Part shown: piece after piece, positions 22,791 through 32,930 of the stretch
How the letters are laid out: each line of letters begins with the position of its first letter
How positions within the stretch are numbered: position 1 is the stretch's first letter
Assembly: GCA_035476575.1 (NCBI GenBank)
Contig: DATILL010000124.1
Span: forward strand, 9,039-73,038
Reading direction: 5' to 3'
Source: Mycobacteriales bacterium
GTDB lineage: Bacteria > Actinomycetota > Actinomycetes > Mycobacteriales > JACQDL01
DNA length: 64,000 bases
The notes under the pieces: generated by a model
Told to the model about the DNA's origin: nothing
The model's input: the letters and a program-made list of their open reading frames with translations, nothing else
Databases searched by the model: none
Program-made: the position numbers and the translations under genes

Positions 22791-23996
22791 ATGACCAGCA
22801 GCGAATGGGGTCGGATCGACGCCGACGGCACGGTCTGGGTGAAGACCGAGTCCGGCGAGCGGCAGATCGGCTCATGGCAGGCCGGGGATCCCGCGGCCGG
22901 GCTCGCGCACTACGAGCGACGGTATGAGGATCTTGCCACGGAGGTCGAGCTGCTGGAGCAGCGGCTGGCCAGCGGGGCCGGAGATCCCGCTGCCACGCTC
23001 TCGCACGCGGCCACGCTGCGCGAGTCGCTGGCCACCGCCGCGGTGATCGGTGACCTGGGCGCGCTGGACCGGCGGCTGGCCAAGCTCACCGAGTCCGCGC
23101 ACGCCAAGGCGGACGAGGCAGCGGCGGCGCGGGCGCGGTCCCGGCAGGAGGCGGTGGCGGCCAAGGAGCGGTTGGTGGCCGAGGCCGAGTCGCTGGCCGA
23201 CAGCACGCACTGGAAGGCTACCGGTGACCGGTTCAAGGCCATCGTGGAGGAGTGGAAGGCCATCCGTGGGGTGGACCGGCGTACCGACGCGACGCTGTGG
23301 AAGCGGTTCGCGGTGGCCAGGGACACCTTCACCCGGCACCGCGGCTCGCACTTCGCCGAGCTGGACAAGCAGCGGCACGCCGCCAAGGTGCGCAAGGAGG
23401 AGCTGGTCGCCGAGGCCGAGGCGCTGGCCGACTCCGCCGACTGGGGCCCGACCGCGGCCCGGCTCAAGCAGCTCATGGGCGAGTGGAAGGCGGCCGGGCG
23501 GGCCACCAAGGACGCCGAGGAGCAGCTCTGGCAGAAGTTCCGGGCGGCGCAGGACCGGTTCTTCGCGCGGCGGTCGGAGGTGTACGGCGAGCGGTCCGCC
23601 GAGCAGCACGACAACCTCCAGCGCAAGGAGGCGGTGATCGCCGAGGCCGAGGCGGTCGACCTGTCCGACGTCAAGGCCGCGCAGGCCCGGCTGCGTGAGC
23701 TGCAGGACGCCTACGACCGGATCGGGCACGTGCCACGGGAGGCGATGCGGGGGCTGGACACCCGGATGCGGGCCGCCGAGCAGCGGATCCGGGAGGCCGT
23801 GGACGCACAGTGGCGACGGGCCTCGGTGACCAGCAACCCCGTGCTCATGCAGCTCCGCGACGCCGTCGCCAAGGCCGAGACCCAGCTCGCCAAGGCCCAG
23901 GCCAACGGCGACCCGAAACGGATCGCCGACGCCGAGGCCAACCTGGCCGCCCGCCGCGAGTGGCTGGCCGAGGCCGAGCGCTCCGCCGGGAGCTGA
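22791..23996 (+). CDS. DUF349 domain protein
   Basis: From MTSSEWGRIDADGTVWV. Repeated W-K-x-F/W...R helical units (WKATGDRFKAIVEEWKAI, LWKRFAVARDTF, LWQKFRAAQDRFF) are typical of DUF349. Confidence 0.85.
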   Translation: MTSSEWGRIDADGTVWVKTESGERQIGSWQAGDPAAGLAHYERRYEDLATEVELLEQRLASGAGDPAATLSHAATLRESLATAAVIGDLGALDRRLAKLTESAHAKADEAAAARARSRQEAVAAKERLVAEAESLADSTHWKATGDRFKAIVEEWKAIRGVDRRTDATLWKRFAVARDTFTRHRGSHFAELDKQRHAAKVRKEELVAEAEALADSADWGPTAARLKQLMGEWKAAGRATKDAEEQLWQKFRAAQDRFFARRSEVYGERSAEQHDNLQRKEAVIAEAEAVDLSDVKAAQARLRELQDAYDRIGHVPREAMRGLDTRMRAAEQRIREAVDAQWRRASVTSNPVLMQLRDAVAKAETQLAKAQANGDPKRIADAEANLAARREWLAEAERSAGS

Positions 23997-24013
23997 CGTA
24001 CGTCTCTCCGTCC

Positions 24014-24057
24014 GTGGGCAGATCGCGTGGTCCCACTGCGCTTTCGGTCCACTCACG
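24014..24057. repeat. Palindromic element copy A (GGACAGATCGCGTGGTCCCACTGCGCTTTCTGTCC family)
   Basis: GTGGGCAGATCGCGTGGTCCCACTGCGCTTTCGGTCCACTCACG lies just after the DUF349 stop and is near-identical to the element at 24870-24933. Confidence 0.8.
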
Positions 24058-24111
24058 GTGCCTGTGGACGGTCGAACCGGCCGCCGCCGTCGTTCCGGCA
24101 GGCTGGCGTGC

Positions 24112-24874
24112 ATGAAACCTGAGCTGGTCCGGCTCGCCCGGCGGCAGCACGGCCTCTTCTCCCTCCAGCAGGCGTACGCGGCCGGGTACTCAGCCTGGCA
24201 GGTCCGCTCCAGGGTCGCTGACGGCGCCTGGTGCTGCCAGGCCAACGGCGTCTTCTCGGCCGGGGCCACGCCGATGACCGAGCCGGCGTGGCGGTGGGCG
24301 GCGTACCTTGCCTGCGGCCCGCGAGCGGTGCTGAGCCACCTGTCCGCCGCGGCATTATGGCGGCTCCCGGTGAACGGGCATCCGCCGCACGTGACGGTGC
24401 CGCCCGAGGCCCGGCCCCGTCCGGGCGGGCCGATCATGGTGCACCGGGTGCGGCTTGGCCCCCGCGGACGCCAGCCACCGGCTGGCTGGGTCGCCCAAGC
24501 GGCTGGGCAATGCGCGGCTCCGGCGACTGTTGCGACGGGCGTCAGACGGCGCAGCCTCCGAAGCCGAGCGGGTGTTGCACCGGCTGCTCCGCTCGGCTGG
24601 GCTGATCGGCTGGCTACCGAACTATCCGGTACGCCTCGGCGGCCAGTCGGTGGTGCTGGATGTCGCGTTCCCCACGACCCGGCTGGCGATCGAGGTCGAC
24701 GGCCTGGTCTGGCATGTGGACCCGGCCCGGTTCCAGCGCGACCGCACCCGCCAGAACGAGCTGGTCACCGCGGGGTGGACGGTGCTGCGCTTCACCTGGG
24801 CGGACCTGACCGAGCGGCCGGACCACGTGGTGGCCGTGGTCCGGTCCACCCTCGATCGGCTTTCGGCCGCGTGA
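24112..24874 (+). pseudogene. DUF559 / AbiEi-N-like endonuclease-related gene, disrupted (frameshift plus internal deletion)
   Basis: The N-part MKPELVRLARRQHGLFSLQQAYAAGYS...VHRVRL is in frame 24058. The C-part RLGNARLRRLL...AIEVDGLVWHVDPARFQRDRTRQNELVTAGWTVLRFTWADL is in frame 24455. The usual middle region seems to be missing. Confidence 0.65.
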
Positions 24875-24933
24875 GTGGACAGATCGCGTGAGTGGACAGA
24901 TCGCGTGGTCCCACTGCGCTTTCTGTCCGCGCA
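24870..24933. repeat. Palindromic element copy B with duplicated left arm
   Basis: CGTGAGTGGACAGATCG occurs twice, then CGTGGTCCCACTGCGCTTTCTGTCCGCGCAC. The first copy contains the DUF559 TGA stop. Located between the DUF559 gene and the miaB 3' end. Confidence 0.8.
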
Positions 24934-24949
24934 CCGGTTGCGGCGGAGG

Positions 24950-26383
24950 TCAGCTAGCGGGGGCGCCTACGGTCGGCATGCCGAGCAGCACGCCGGGGGG
25001 CCGGGGTGCCACGGCGGCCGCCCAGTTGTCGCCGGCCCGGGTCCGGCGATGCGCCAGCAGGGGCCGGTCGGCCACCAGATGGTGCGGCGCGGCGTAGGTG
25101 ATCACGGTGTGTACCACGTCGCCGGGCCGAACCTCCGGGCTTCCGGCGAAGTGGACCAGCCGGCCGTCGCGGGCACGGCCGGTCATCCGCCGGGTGCCGG
25201 CGTCCTTGCGACCCTCCCCCACCGCGACCAGCACCTCGACGGTCCGCCCGACCAGAGCGCGGCTCTGCGTCCACGAGGTCTCCTCCACCAGCGCGGCCAG
25301 CCGCTCGTACCGCGCCTGCACGACGGCCTTCGGCAACGGCGGCAGGCTGGCGGCCGGGGTGCCGGCGCGGGGCGAGTACTGGAAGGTGAATGCCCCGGCG
25401 AACCGCGCCGCCCGGACCACCTCCAGGGTGGCCGCGAAGTCCGCCTCGGTCTCGCCCGGGAAGCCGACGATGATGTCGGTGGTGATGGCCACGTCCGGCA
25501 TCGCGGCCCGCACGGTGTCCACAATAGACAGATACCGGGCCGACCGGTACGACCGGCGCATTGCGCGCAGGATCCGGTCCGAGCCGGACTGCAGCGGCAT
25601 GTGGAGCTGGTGGCAGACGTTCGGCGTCCCGGCCATCGCGGCGATCACGTCGTCGGTGAAGAACGCCGGATGCGGCGAGGTGAACCGCACCCGCTCTAGC
25701 CCGGCCACCTCCCCGCAGGCCCGCAGCAGCTTACCGAACGCGTACCGGTCGCCGAGCTCGACGCCGTAGGAGTTGACGTTCTGCCCGAGCAGGGTGACCT
25801 CGCTTACCCCGTCGGCCACCAGCGCCCGCACCTCGGCCAGGATCTCGCCCGGCCGCCGGTCCCTCTCCCGGCCGCGCAGCGCGGGCACGATGCAGAACGT
25901 GCAGGTGTTGTTGCACCCGACCGAGATCGACACCCAGCCGGCGTACGTCGACTCGCGCCGGGCCGGCAAAGCGGACGGGAAGACCTCCAGCGCCTCCCTG
26001 ATCTCCATCTGTGCCTCAGCGTTATGCCGGGCACGCTCCAGGAGCACCGGCAGCGAGCCGATGTTGTGGGTGCCGAAGACCACGTCCACCCATGGCGCCC
26101 GGGCCACGATCTCGCCACGGTCCTTCTGCGCCAGGCAGCCGCCAACCGCGATCTGCATGCCCGGGTTGGCCTGCTTGACCGGCCTCAGGTGGCCGAGGTT
26201 GCCGTACAGCCGGTTGTCGGCGTTCTCCCGGACGGCGCAGGTGTTGAGCACGACGACGTCCGGGGTGGCACCGTCGGCCGCGCGGACGTAGCCCGCCTCC
26301 TCCAGCAGGCCGGACAGGCGCTCGGAGTCATGGACGTTCATCTGGCACCCGTAGGTGCGGACCTGGTAGCTGCGCGCGCTCAT
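24950..26383 (-). CDS. miaB: tRNA-2-methylthio-N6-dimethylallyladenosine synthase
   Basis: [21 protein letters not shown]...[12 protein letters not shown]...[12 protein letters not shown], with a TRAM domain at the C-terminus. Confidence 0.9.
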   Translation of the reverse strand: MSARSYQVRTYGCQMNVHDSERLSGLLEEAGYVRAADGATPDVVVLNTCAVRENADNRLYGNLGHLRPVKQANPGMQIAVGGCLAQKDRGEIVARAPWVDVVFGTHNIGSLPVLLERARHNAEAQMEIREALEVFPSALPARRESTYAGWVSISVGCNNTCTFCIVPALRGRERDRRPGEILAEVRALVADGVSEVTLLGQNVNSYGVELGDRYAFGKLLRACGEVAGLERVRFTSPHPAFFTDDVIAAMAGTPNVCHQLHMPLQSGSDRILRAMRRSYRSARYLSIVDTVRAAMPDVAITTDIIVGFPGETEADFAATLEVVRAARFAGAFTFQYSPRAGTPAASLPPLPKAVVQARYERLAALVEETSWTQSRALVGRTVEVLVAVGEGRKDAGTRRMTGRARDGRLVHFAGSPEVRPGDVVHTVITYAAPHHLVADRPLLAHRRTRAGDNWAAAVAPRPPGVLLGMPTVGAPAS

Positions 26384-26509
26384 CTTGGCGAACGAGGATA
26401 CGCGGACCCTCGCCGAGGCCGGGCGCCAGCCCGGGCGGTTCGGCACAAGATCGATGGGACACGGGCCGTTTCCGGCTTTCTGTCTGTGGCGTGGCCTACG
26501 CTGCCGCAC

Positions 26510-27289
26510 ATGAGGGTGACCGGCGACGGGGCGGCTGGCCCTGCGGGCGGCACGGCTCCGCTCGTGCTGCTCGAGAACGTCAACAAGCACTTCGGCGCGC
26601 TGCACGTGCTGCGCGACATCGACCTGACCGTCGGGCGGGGCGAGGTCATCGTGGTGATCGGCCCGTCCGGGTCGGGCAAGTCCACGCTGTGCCGCACGAT
26701 CAACCGGCTGGAGACGATCGACTCGGGGCGGATCCTGCTCGACGGCAGGGCGCTGCCGGCCGAGGGTCGCGCGCTGGCCCGGCTGCGGGCGGACGTCGGC
26801 ATGGTGTTCCAGTCGTTCAACCTTTTCGCGCACAAGACGATCCTGCAGAACGTCACGCTCGGCCCGGTCAAGGTGCGCAGGCTCGGCCGGGCTGAGGCCG
26901 AGCGGAAGGCGATGTCGCTGCTGGACCGGGTCGGCATCGCGAACCAGGCCCACAAGCTGCCGGCACAGCTCTCCGGCGGCCAGCAGCAGCGGGCTGCGAT
27001 CGCCCGGGCGCTGGCGATGGACCCGAAGGTGATCCTCTTCGACGAGCCCACCTCCGCGCTCGACCCGGAGATGATCAACGAGGTGCTCGAGGTGATGATC
27101 GGGCTGGCCCAGGAGGGGATGACCATGGTGGTGGTCACCCACGAGATGGGCTTCGCCCGCCGTGCGGCCAACCGGGTCGTCTTCATGGCCGACGGGCAGG
27201 TCGTCGAGCAGAGCCAGCCGGAGGAGTTCTTCGCCCGGCCGCGCAGCGAGCGGGCCAGAGACTTCCTGTCCAAGATCCTCACCCACTGA
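26510..27289 (+). CDS. gluA: Amino-acid (glutamate) ABC transporter ATP-binding protein
   Basis: [24 protein letters not shown] and [11 protein letters not shown] motifs. First gene of a gluABCD-like operon. Confidence 0.9.
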   Translation: MRVTGDGAAGPAGGTAPLVLLENVNKHFGALHVLRDIDLTVGRGEVIVVIGPSGSGKSTLCRTINRLETIDSGRILLDGRALPAEGRALARLRADVGMVFQSFNLFAHKTILQNVTLGPVKVRRLGRAEAERKAMSLLDRVGIANQAHKLPAQLSGGQQQRAAIARALAMDPKVILFDEPTSALDPEMINEVLEVMIGLAQEGMTMVVVTHEMGFARRAANRVVFMADGQVVEQSQPEEFFARPRSERARDFLSKILTH

Positions 27290-27397
27290 GGTGGCATCCC
27301 TCACCGGGTTTCGGTGCGTGCGGGCTTGCCAGCACGGCTCCATCAGCACCGGGTTTCCGCAAGTGCCGGGTTTCCGTGATACCGAGAAAGGGCCGCA

Positions 27398-28219
27398 ATG
27401 AGATTCCGTCGACGTCTCGCACTTGTCGCCGCGTTGGCTGCCACGCTGACGCTGGTCGCCGCCTGCGGGAGCAAGGGCACCGAGAGCACCATCGTCGGCA
27501 AGAAGTCACTGAAGATCGGCGTCAAGGAGGACCAGCCGGGCCTCGGCTTCAAGGGCACCGACGGCAGGTACGCCGGGTTCGACATCGAGATCGCCAAGCT
27601 GGTGGCCAAGCAGCTCGGGGTGGACGAGGGCAACATCGAGTTCGTCACCACGGTGTCGGCCAACCGAGAGCCGTTCCTGCAGCAGGGCAAGGTCGACATG
27701 GTGGTGGCGTCGTACACGATCACCGACGACCGCAAGAAGAAGGTCTCCTTCGCCGGGCCGTACTACGTCGCCGGCCAGGACCTGCTGGTCAAGGCGGACA
27801 ACACCGCGATCACGGGGCCGCAGTCGCTGGACGGCAAGACGGTCTGCTCGGTGTCCGGCTCCACCCCGGCCAAGCGGATCGAGACCGACTACCCCAAGGC
27901 CAAGCTGCAGAAGTTCGACAGCTACTCCAAGTGCGTCGCGGCGCTCCTGGGCGGGAACGTCGACGCGGTGACCACTGACGACATCATCCTGGCCGGCTAC
28001 GCCGCGCAGCACCCCGGCGAGCTGAAGGTGGTCGGCAAGACGTTCAGCACCGAGCCGTACGGCATCGGCCTGGCGCTGAACGACAAGAAGGGTCGGGATG
28101 CGGTCAACGACGCGCTGCAGAAGATCTTCACCGACGGCAGCTATGCGACGGCGTGGGTCAACACCCTCGGCAAGGGCGGTACGCCGACCCCGAAGCCGCC
28201 GACGCTGGCGCGGTACTGA
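27398..28219 (+). CDS. gluB: Glutamate/amino-acid ABC transporter substrate-binding lipoprotein
   Basis: Lipobox LVAACGS, then a family-3 SBP sequence ([15 protein letters not shown]...[21 protein letters not shown]). Confidence 0.85.
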   Translation: MRFRRRLALVAALAATLTLVAACGSKGTESTIVGKKSLKIGVKEDQPGLGFKGTDGRYAGFDIEIAKLVAKQLGVDEGNIEFVTTVSANREPFLQQGKVDMVVASYTITDDRKKKVSFAGPYYVAGQDLLVKADNTAITGPQSLDGKTVCSVSGSTPAKRIETDYPKAKLQKFDSYSKCVAALLGGNVDAVTTDDIILAGYAAQHPGELKVVGKTFSTEPYGIGLALNDKKGRDAVNDALQKIFTDGSYATAWVNTLGKGGTPTPKPPTLARY

Positions 28220-28360
28220 CTGGCGCGGTACCGGCTGGCTGGCGCGGTACTGAGCTGTGCGGCGGCACCGCCGGGGCGGGTGACGGGCAACCCGGCCCCC
28301 CCGGCGGCACCGCCGGACACCTTCCAAGCCGGGAATGACGACTGACGACAGGGCGCGGAC

Positions 28361-29029
28361 ATGCAGGCACTGCTCGACAACCGGGACGCCGTGCTCTCGG
28401 CGTTCCTGCTGATCATCAAGCTGACCGCGGTGTCGGGGCTGTTCGCGCTGGTGATCGGCACCCTGCTGGCGGCGATGCGGGTCTCGCCGGTGCCGGTGCT
28501 GCGGGTGTTCGGGACCGGCTACGTGAACGTCTTCCGCAACACCCCGCTCACCCTGGTGATCTTCTTCTGCTACTTCGGGCTGTTCACCAACCTGGGCGTG
28601 CGAATCTCGGACGACCTTAACCGGAACAACTACTGGCTGTCCGTGATCGGCCTGTCGGTCTACACGGCATCGTTCGTCTGTGAGGCACTGCGCGCGGGCA
28701 TCCAGACCATTCCGGTCGGCCAGGCCGAGGCGGCCCGCTCGATCGGGTTAACCTTCGGCCAGAACCTGCGGCTGATCATCCTGCCGCAGGCGCTGCGGTC
28801 GGTGATCACCCCGCTGGCCAGCGTGCTGATCGCGCTCACCAAGAACGCGACGATCGCCGGCACGATCGGCGTGGCCGAGACCGCCAGCACGATGCGGGAT
28901 CTGATCAACGACAACGGCGACCAGGTGATCGCGATCTTCCTCGGCTTCGCTCTCGGGTTCCTGGTGCTCACGCTGCCGACGGGCTACTTCTTCGGCTGGC
29001 TGGCCCGGAAGGTCGCGGTGCTGCGATGA
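28361..29029 (+). CDS. gluC: Amino-acid ABC transporter permease
   Basis: 222-aa polytopic protein with the EAA-like motif EALRAGIQTIPVGQAEAARSIGL. Confidence 0.85.
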   Translation: MQALLDNRDAVLSAFLLIIKLTAVSGLFALVIGTLLAAMRVSPVPVLRVFGTGYVNVFRNTPLTLVIFFCYFGLFTNLGVRISDDLNRNNYWLSVIGLSVYTASFVCEALRAGIQTIPVGQAEAARSIGLTFGQNLRLIILPQALRSVITPLASVLIALTKNATIAGTIGVAETASTMRDLINDNGDQVIAIFLGFALGFLVLTLPTGYFFGWLARKVAVLR

Positions 29030-29895
29030 GAGGCTCAGTCCTGTACGACGTCCCGGGGCCACGGGCCCGGGCCCGCAACCGGGTGCTGTCAGTCGTCGGC
29101 CTGCTGTTGGTGGCCGGGCTGGCCTGGCTGGTGTACTCCAGGTTCGACGCCCACGGCCAGTGGGACGGCGCCAAGTGGAAGCCGTTCGTCCAGGCGAGCA
29201 CCTGGACGACGTTCATCCTGCCCGGTCTGCGCAGCGCGTTGACCGCGGCCGGGATCGCGATCGTGCTGGCGCTGGCCTTCGGGGTGATCTTCGCCGTTGG
29301 CCGGCTGTCCGCGCACCGGTGGCTGCGCTGGCCGAGCGGGGTCGTGGTGGAGTTCTTCCGCGGCATCCCGCTGCTGATCCTGATCTTCTTCGCCTCCTAC
29401 GGCGCACCGTTCGTGCTCCACCGGGACGTGCCGGCGCTGTGGGCGGTGGTGTTCGGCCTGACGCTGTACAACGGTTCAGTGCTGGCCGAGGCGTTCCGGG
29501 CGGGCATCCTCGCGCTGCCCCGCGGCCAGACCGAGGCGGCGTACGCGGTCGGCCTGCGCAAGGGCCAGGTGATGCGGCTGATCCTGGTGCCGCAGGCGGC
29601 CCGGGCGATGCTGCCGGTGATCGTCAGCCAGCTTGTGGTGCTGGTGAAGGACACCGCGCTGGGCTACATCATCGCCTATCCCGAGCTGCTCGCCCAGGTC
29701 AACGTCATCAGCGCCAACTTCAGCAACCTGGTGCAGGCGGCCATCGTGGTGGGCGCGGTGTACATCGTGGTCAACCTTGCGCTCGGGCAGCTCGCCCGCC
29801 TGCTGGAGCGGCGCTTCGCCCCGGGCAGGCTCAGCCGCGCGACCGTGGCCGCACAGGACGCCGTCATCGCCAGCACCATGGGCAGAGCCGGCTAG
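29026..29895 (+). CDS. gluD: Amino-acid ABC transporter permease
   Basis: ATGA overlap with gluC. Motif EAFRAGILALPRGQTEAAYAVGL. Confidence 0.85.
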   Translation: MRGSVLYDVPGPRARARNRVLSVVGLLLVAGLAWLVYSRFDAHGQWDGAKWKPFVQASTWTTFILPGLRSALTAAGIAIVLALAFGVIFAVGRLSAHRWLRWPSGVVVEFFRGIPLLILIFFASYGAPFVLHRDVPALWAVVFGLTLYNGSVLAEAFRAGILALPRGQTEAAYAVGLRKGQVMRLILVPQAARAMLPVIVSQLVVLVKDTALGYIIAYPELLAQVNVISANFSNLVQAAIVVGAVYIVVNLALGQLARLLERRFAPGRLSRATVAAQDAVIASTMGRAG

Positions 29896-30668
29896 CGCTG
29901 TCGCTGCTGGTGGTCGCGACGATCCAGTCCCACACGCTGGCGTGTTTCGCTGGATCGTCGCGGCAGGTGGGGGTCGGGGGCGGCCAGGGCCAGCGCGGCG
30001 GTGATGGAGTCCACTACTGGTACGCCGGCCTCGGCCAGCGCCGCCCGGGTGGTGATACCCGTCGAGAGCAGCACGCAGCCTGCGCCGACCGAGGCGGCGG
30101 CCGTCGCGTCGTCCACCACGTCGCCGATCAGCGTCACCTCCGCCGGGTCGAGGCCGAGCGCGTCGAGGTGGGTGCCCAGGTGGGCAGCCTTCGAGCCGAC
30201 GCCGGTGGCCTGCCGCAGCCCGTCGACCCGGGCGAAGTACCCGGCTAGGCCAAGGTCGCTCACCAAGGCGACCAGGTCGTCGTGGAACCACATCGACAGC
30301 AGCGACTGGGTGCCGCCGCCGGCCCGCCAGCCGGTCAACGCCGCCGCGGCGTCAGCGGCGAGCCGCACTGTGGGCACCAGCTCGGCGTAGGCGTCGTGGT
30401 AAATCTGGTCAAGCCGCGCCCAGTCGGTCGTGCTGAGCCGGCGGCCGAGCAGCCGTTCATAACAGACGTCCAGCGGCCGGAAGAAGATCACCCGCCACTC
30501 CTCCAGGGTCACCTGTGCCCGGCCGTAGGCGGCGCAGACGGCGTTCACCGCGGCGACGACGGCGTGGTTGTCGTCCAGCAGGGTGCCGTTCCAGTCCCAG
30601 ACGATGTGGCGGGTCGGCGTCGTCCGCTCGCTCTGGCGGGACCGCCGCGCTGGGTTGGGCTGGCTCAC
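29892..30668 (-). CDS. HAD-superfamily hydrolase
   Basis: IVWDWNGTLLDD (motif I DxD-like) and IGDVVDDATAAASVGA (motif IV). GTGA overlap with the rny stop. Confidence 0.7.
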   Translation of the reverse strand: MSQPNPARRSRQSERTTPTRHIVWDWNGTLLDDNHAVVAAVNAVCAAYGRAQVTLEEWRVIFFRPLDVCYERLLGRRLSTTDWARLDQIYHDAYAELVPTVRLAADAAAALTGWRAGGGTQSLLSMWFHDDLVALVSDLGLAGYFARVDGLRQATGVGSKAAHLGTHLDALGLDPAEVTLIGDVVDDATAAASVGAGCVLLSTGITTRAALAEAGVPVVDSITAALALAAPDPHLPRRSSETRQRVGLDRRDHQQRQR

Positions 30669-32539
30669 CGGGCGATCTCGGTGGCCCGCGACTCGCGCAC
30701 CACGGTGACCCTGATCTGGCCGGGGTAGGTCAGCTCGTCCTCGATCTGCTTGGCCACCTCACGGGCCAGCAGGTGCGCGGTCACATCGTCGACCTGCTCC
30801 GGCTGCACGATGACCCGCACCTCGCGACCGGCCTGCATGGCGAAAACCCGGTCCACGCCGGGCTTGCCGGCGGCGATCTCCTCGATCCGCTCCAGCCGCT
30901 TGACGTAGGACTCCAGGCTCTCTCGCCGAGCTCCCGGCCGGCCGCCGGAGCAGGAGTCCGACGCCTGGGTCAGCACCGCCTCAATGGTCTGCGGCGGCAC
31001 CTCGTTGTGGTGCGCCTCGATCGCGTGCACCACCTCGTCCACCTCGCCGTACCTGCGGGCCACGTCGGCGCCAATCAGCGCGTGGCTGCCTTCGACCTCG
31101 TGGGTCAGCGCCTTGCCGATGTCGTGCAGGAAGGCCGAGCGCTTGAGCACCCGGCCGTCCATCCGCAGCTCGGCGGCCATGATGCCGGCGATGTGCGCGG
31201 TCTCAACCAGGTGCTTGAGCACGTTCTGGCCGTATGACGTGCGGTACCGCAGCCGGCCGAGCAGCTTGACCAGCTCCGGGTGCATGTCGGTGATACCGAC
31301 CTCGACCAGCGCGTCCTCGCCGGACTTGACACACAGTTGCTCAACCTCCTCCCGGCTGCGCTCGTAGATCTCCTCGATCCGCTGCGGGTGGATCCGGCCG
31401 TCCAGCACCAGCTTCTCCAGGGTGAGCCGGCCGACCTCCCGGCGGACCGGGTCGAAGCACGACAGCAGCACGGCCTCGGGCGTGTCGTCGATGATCAGGT
31501 TGACGCCGGTGACCGACTCGAACGCCCGGATGTTGCGGCCCTCGCGGCCGATGATCCGGCCCTTCATCTCATCGCCCGGCAGATGCAGCACGCTGACCAC
31601 ACTCTCCGCGGTCTGCTCGCTGGCCACCCGCTGGATCGCGTCGACGATGACGGTGCGGGCCCGCAGCTCACCGGTCTGCCTCGCCTCGGCCTCGATGTCA
31701 CGGACGATGATCGCGGCGTCCCGCCGGCACTGCGACTCGATCGAGGCCAGCAGCTCGGCCTTGGCATCGCCCGCGGTCAGCCCGGCAACCCGCTCCAGCT
31801 CGGCCTGGATCTGCGCCTGCCGGGCGGTGATCTCGGCCTCCCTGGCGTCCAGCGCCAGGTCGGCGGCGGCCTGGTCCCGCTCTCGCTGCTCGATCCGGCG
31901 GTGCGTCTCGTCCAGCCGCTGCTCCCGCTCGGCCAGCCGCTCCTCGCGGCGTTCCACGTCGGCCTTGAGCGCCCGCGCCCGCTCGGTGATCTCGCCAGAC
32001 TCCCGCTCGGCCTGCCGGCGGGCGTCCAAGACCAGGGTGGAGACCTCCAGCGCGGCCTGGCGCCGGGAGTTCTCCACCTCCGCCTCGACCGCCCGGCGGG
32101 TGTTGTCCATCTCCGTCTGGGTGGTCCGGCGCAGCGTGTCGGCCTCGGCCTCGGCCATGCTGCGGGTGAAGGCGGCGAGCGTCTCGGCCTCGGACCGGAC
32201 CGCCGCGGCGGCCTGGACAGCCTGCAACCGGTCCTCGGACAGCTCTCGCTCGATCTCGGCGCGAACCCGGGCGCGGAGCTCGTCATGAGCGAAGCCTGGC
32301 TCCTCAGGCCCGGTCAGCTCAGGCTGGAAAAGTTCGGACGTCGTGACGTCCATCATGGGATCGCTGTGCCCAGTTTGCCCAGTGTGCCCGGCGGCGACCG
32401 GACCGGCCGTAACAGCGCCACCGGCCGTGCGGGCGGCTGGCGCTGCGCTGCCTGGGCGGGACCGGACCGTGAGCCGCCACACGGCAGCTACCAGGCCGAT
32501 GACGACCAGGATAAGCAGCGTGATCACCACATCCCGCAC
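30665..32539 (-). CDS. rny: Ribonuclease Y
   Basis: N-terminal TM segment, long coiled coil, KH domain (KGRIIGREGRNIRAFESVTGV) and HD domain (FLHDIGKALTHEVEGSHA). GTG start at 32539 with a GGAGGT RBS. Confidence 0.9.
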   Translation of the reverse strand: MRDVVITLLILVVIGLVAAVWRLTVRSRPGSAAPAARTAGGAVTAGPVAAGHTGQTGHSDPMMDVTTSELFQPELTGPEEPGFAHDELRARVRAEIERELSEDRLQAVQAAAAVRSEAETLAAFTRSMAEAEADTLRRTTQTEMDNTRRAVEAEVENSRRQAALEVSTLVLDARRQAERESGEITERARALKADVERREERLAEREQRLDETHRRIEQRERDQAAADLALDAREAEITARQAQIQAELERVAGLTAGDAKAELLASIESQCRRDAAIIVRDIEAEARQTGELRARTVIVDAIQRVASEQTAESVVSVLHLPGDEMKGRIIGREGRNIRAFESVTGVNLIIDDTPEAVLLSCFDPVRREVGRLTLEKLVLDGRIHPQRIEEIYERSREEVEQLCVKSGEDALVEVGITDMHPELVKLLGRLRYRTSYGQNVLKHLVETAHIAGIMAAELRMDGRVLKRSAFLHDIGKALTHEVEGSHALIGADVARRYGEVDEVVHAIEAHHNEVPPQTIEAVLTQASDSCSGGRPGARRESLESYVKRLERIEEIAAGKPGVDRVFAMQAGREVRVIVQPEQVDDVTAHLLAREVAKQIEDELTYPGQIRVTVVRESRATEIAR

Positions 32540-32875
32540 CTGTGCACCTCCATCCCTTCAGACCGCCCGACTACGGCGGTGGGCGAGGAGGCCCTACAGC
32601 GCGGCGGCATCACGACCAGCAGCACGTTGACACCGAACACGCCGACGCCGGGCACGCCACCCGGAGCAGCCCTGCCGGGGGAAAGCAGGGAGCACAACCA
32701 CCCGCCCAGGACGGTGGTCGAGATGCCACTATCCCATCGAGATACCACAGTACCGACGAGAGGCGACGGTATCGAAGCCCCGCGCGACGAGCGCCGGAGC
32801 CTGTGGAGGGTGTTCGGTTGATCTATCCGCAGCCGTTGTGCGCTACTAAGCCTAGGTTGACTCCTCGTGAATCCG

Positions 32876-32905
32876 AGGCTACGGGCGTAGCGATACGCCG
32901 GTCAA
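32876..32905 (-). promoter_or_regulatory. Candidate sigma-70-type promoter for rny (TTGACC-N18-TAGCCT)
   Basis: The minus strand reads CTTGACCggcgtatcgctacgcccgTAGCCT just downstream of recX. It implies a 5' leader of about 330 nt. Confidence 0.3.
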
Positions 32906-32930
32906 GCGACCCCTCACCGACGGTCCAGCG

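Noticed and set aside
24058-24111. Start of the DUF559 ORF at 24058.
   Set aside because: The first 18 codons lie directly after the palindromic element that ends at 24057 and are Arg-rich. The conserved N-terminus begins at MKPELVRLARRQ (24112).
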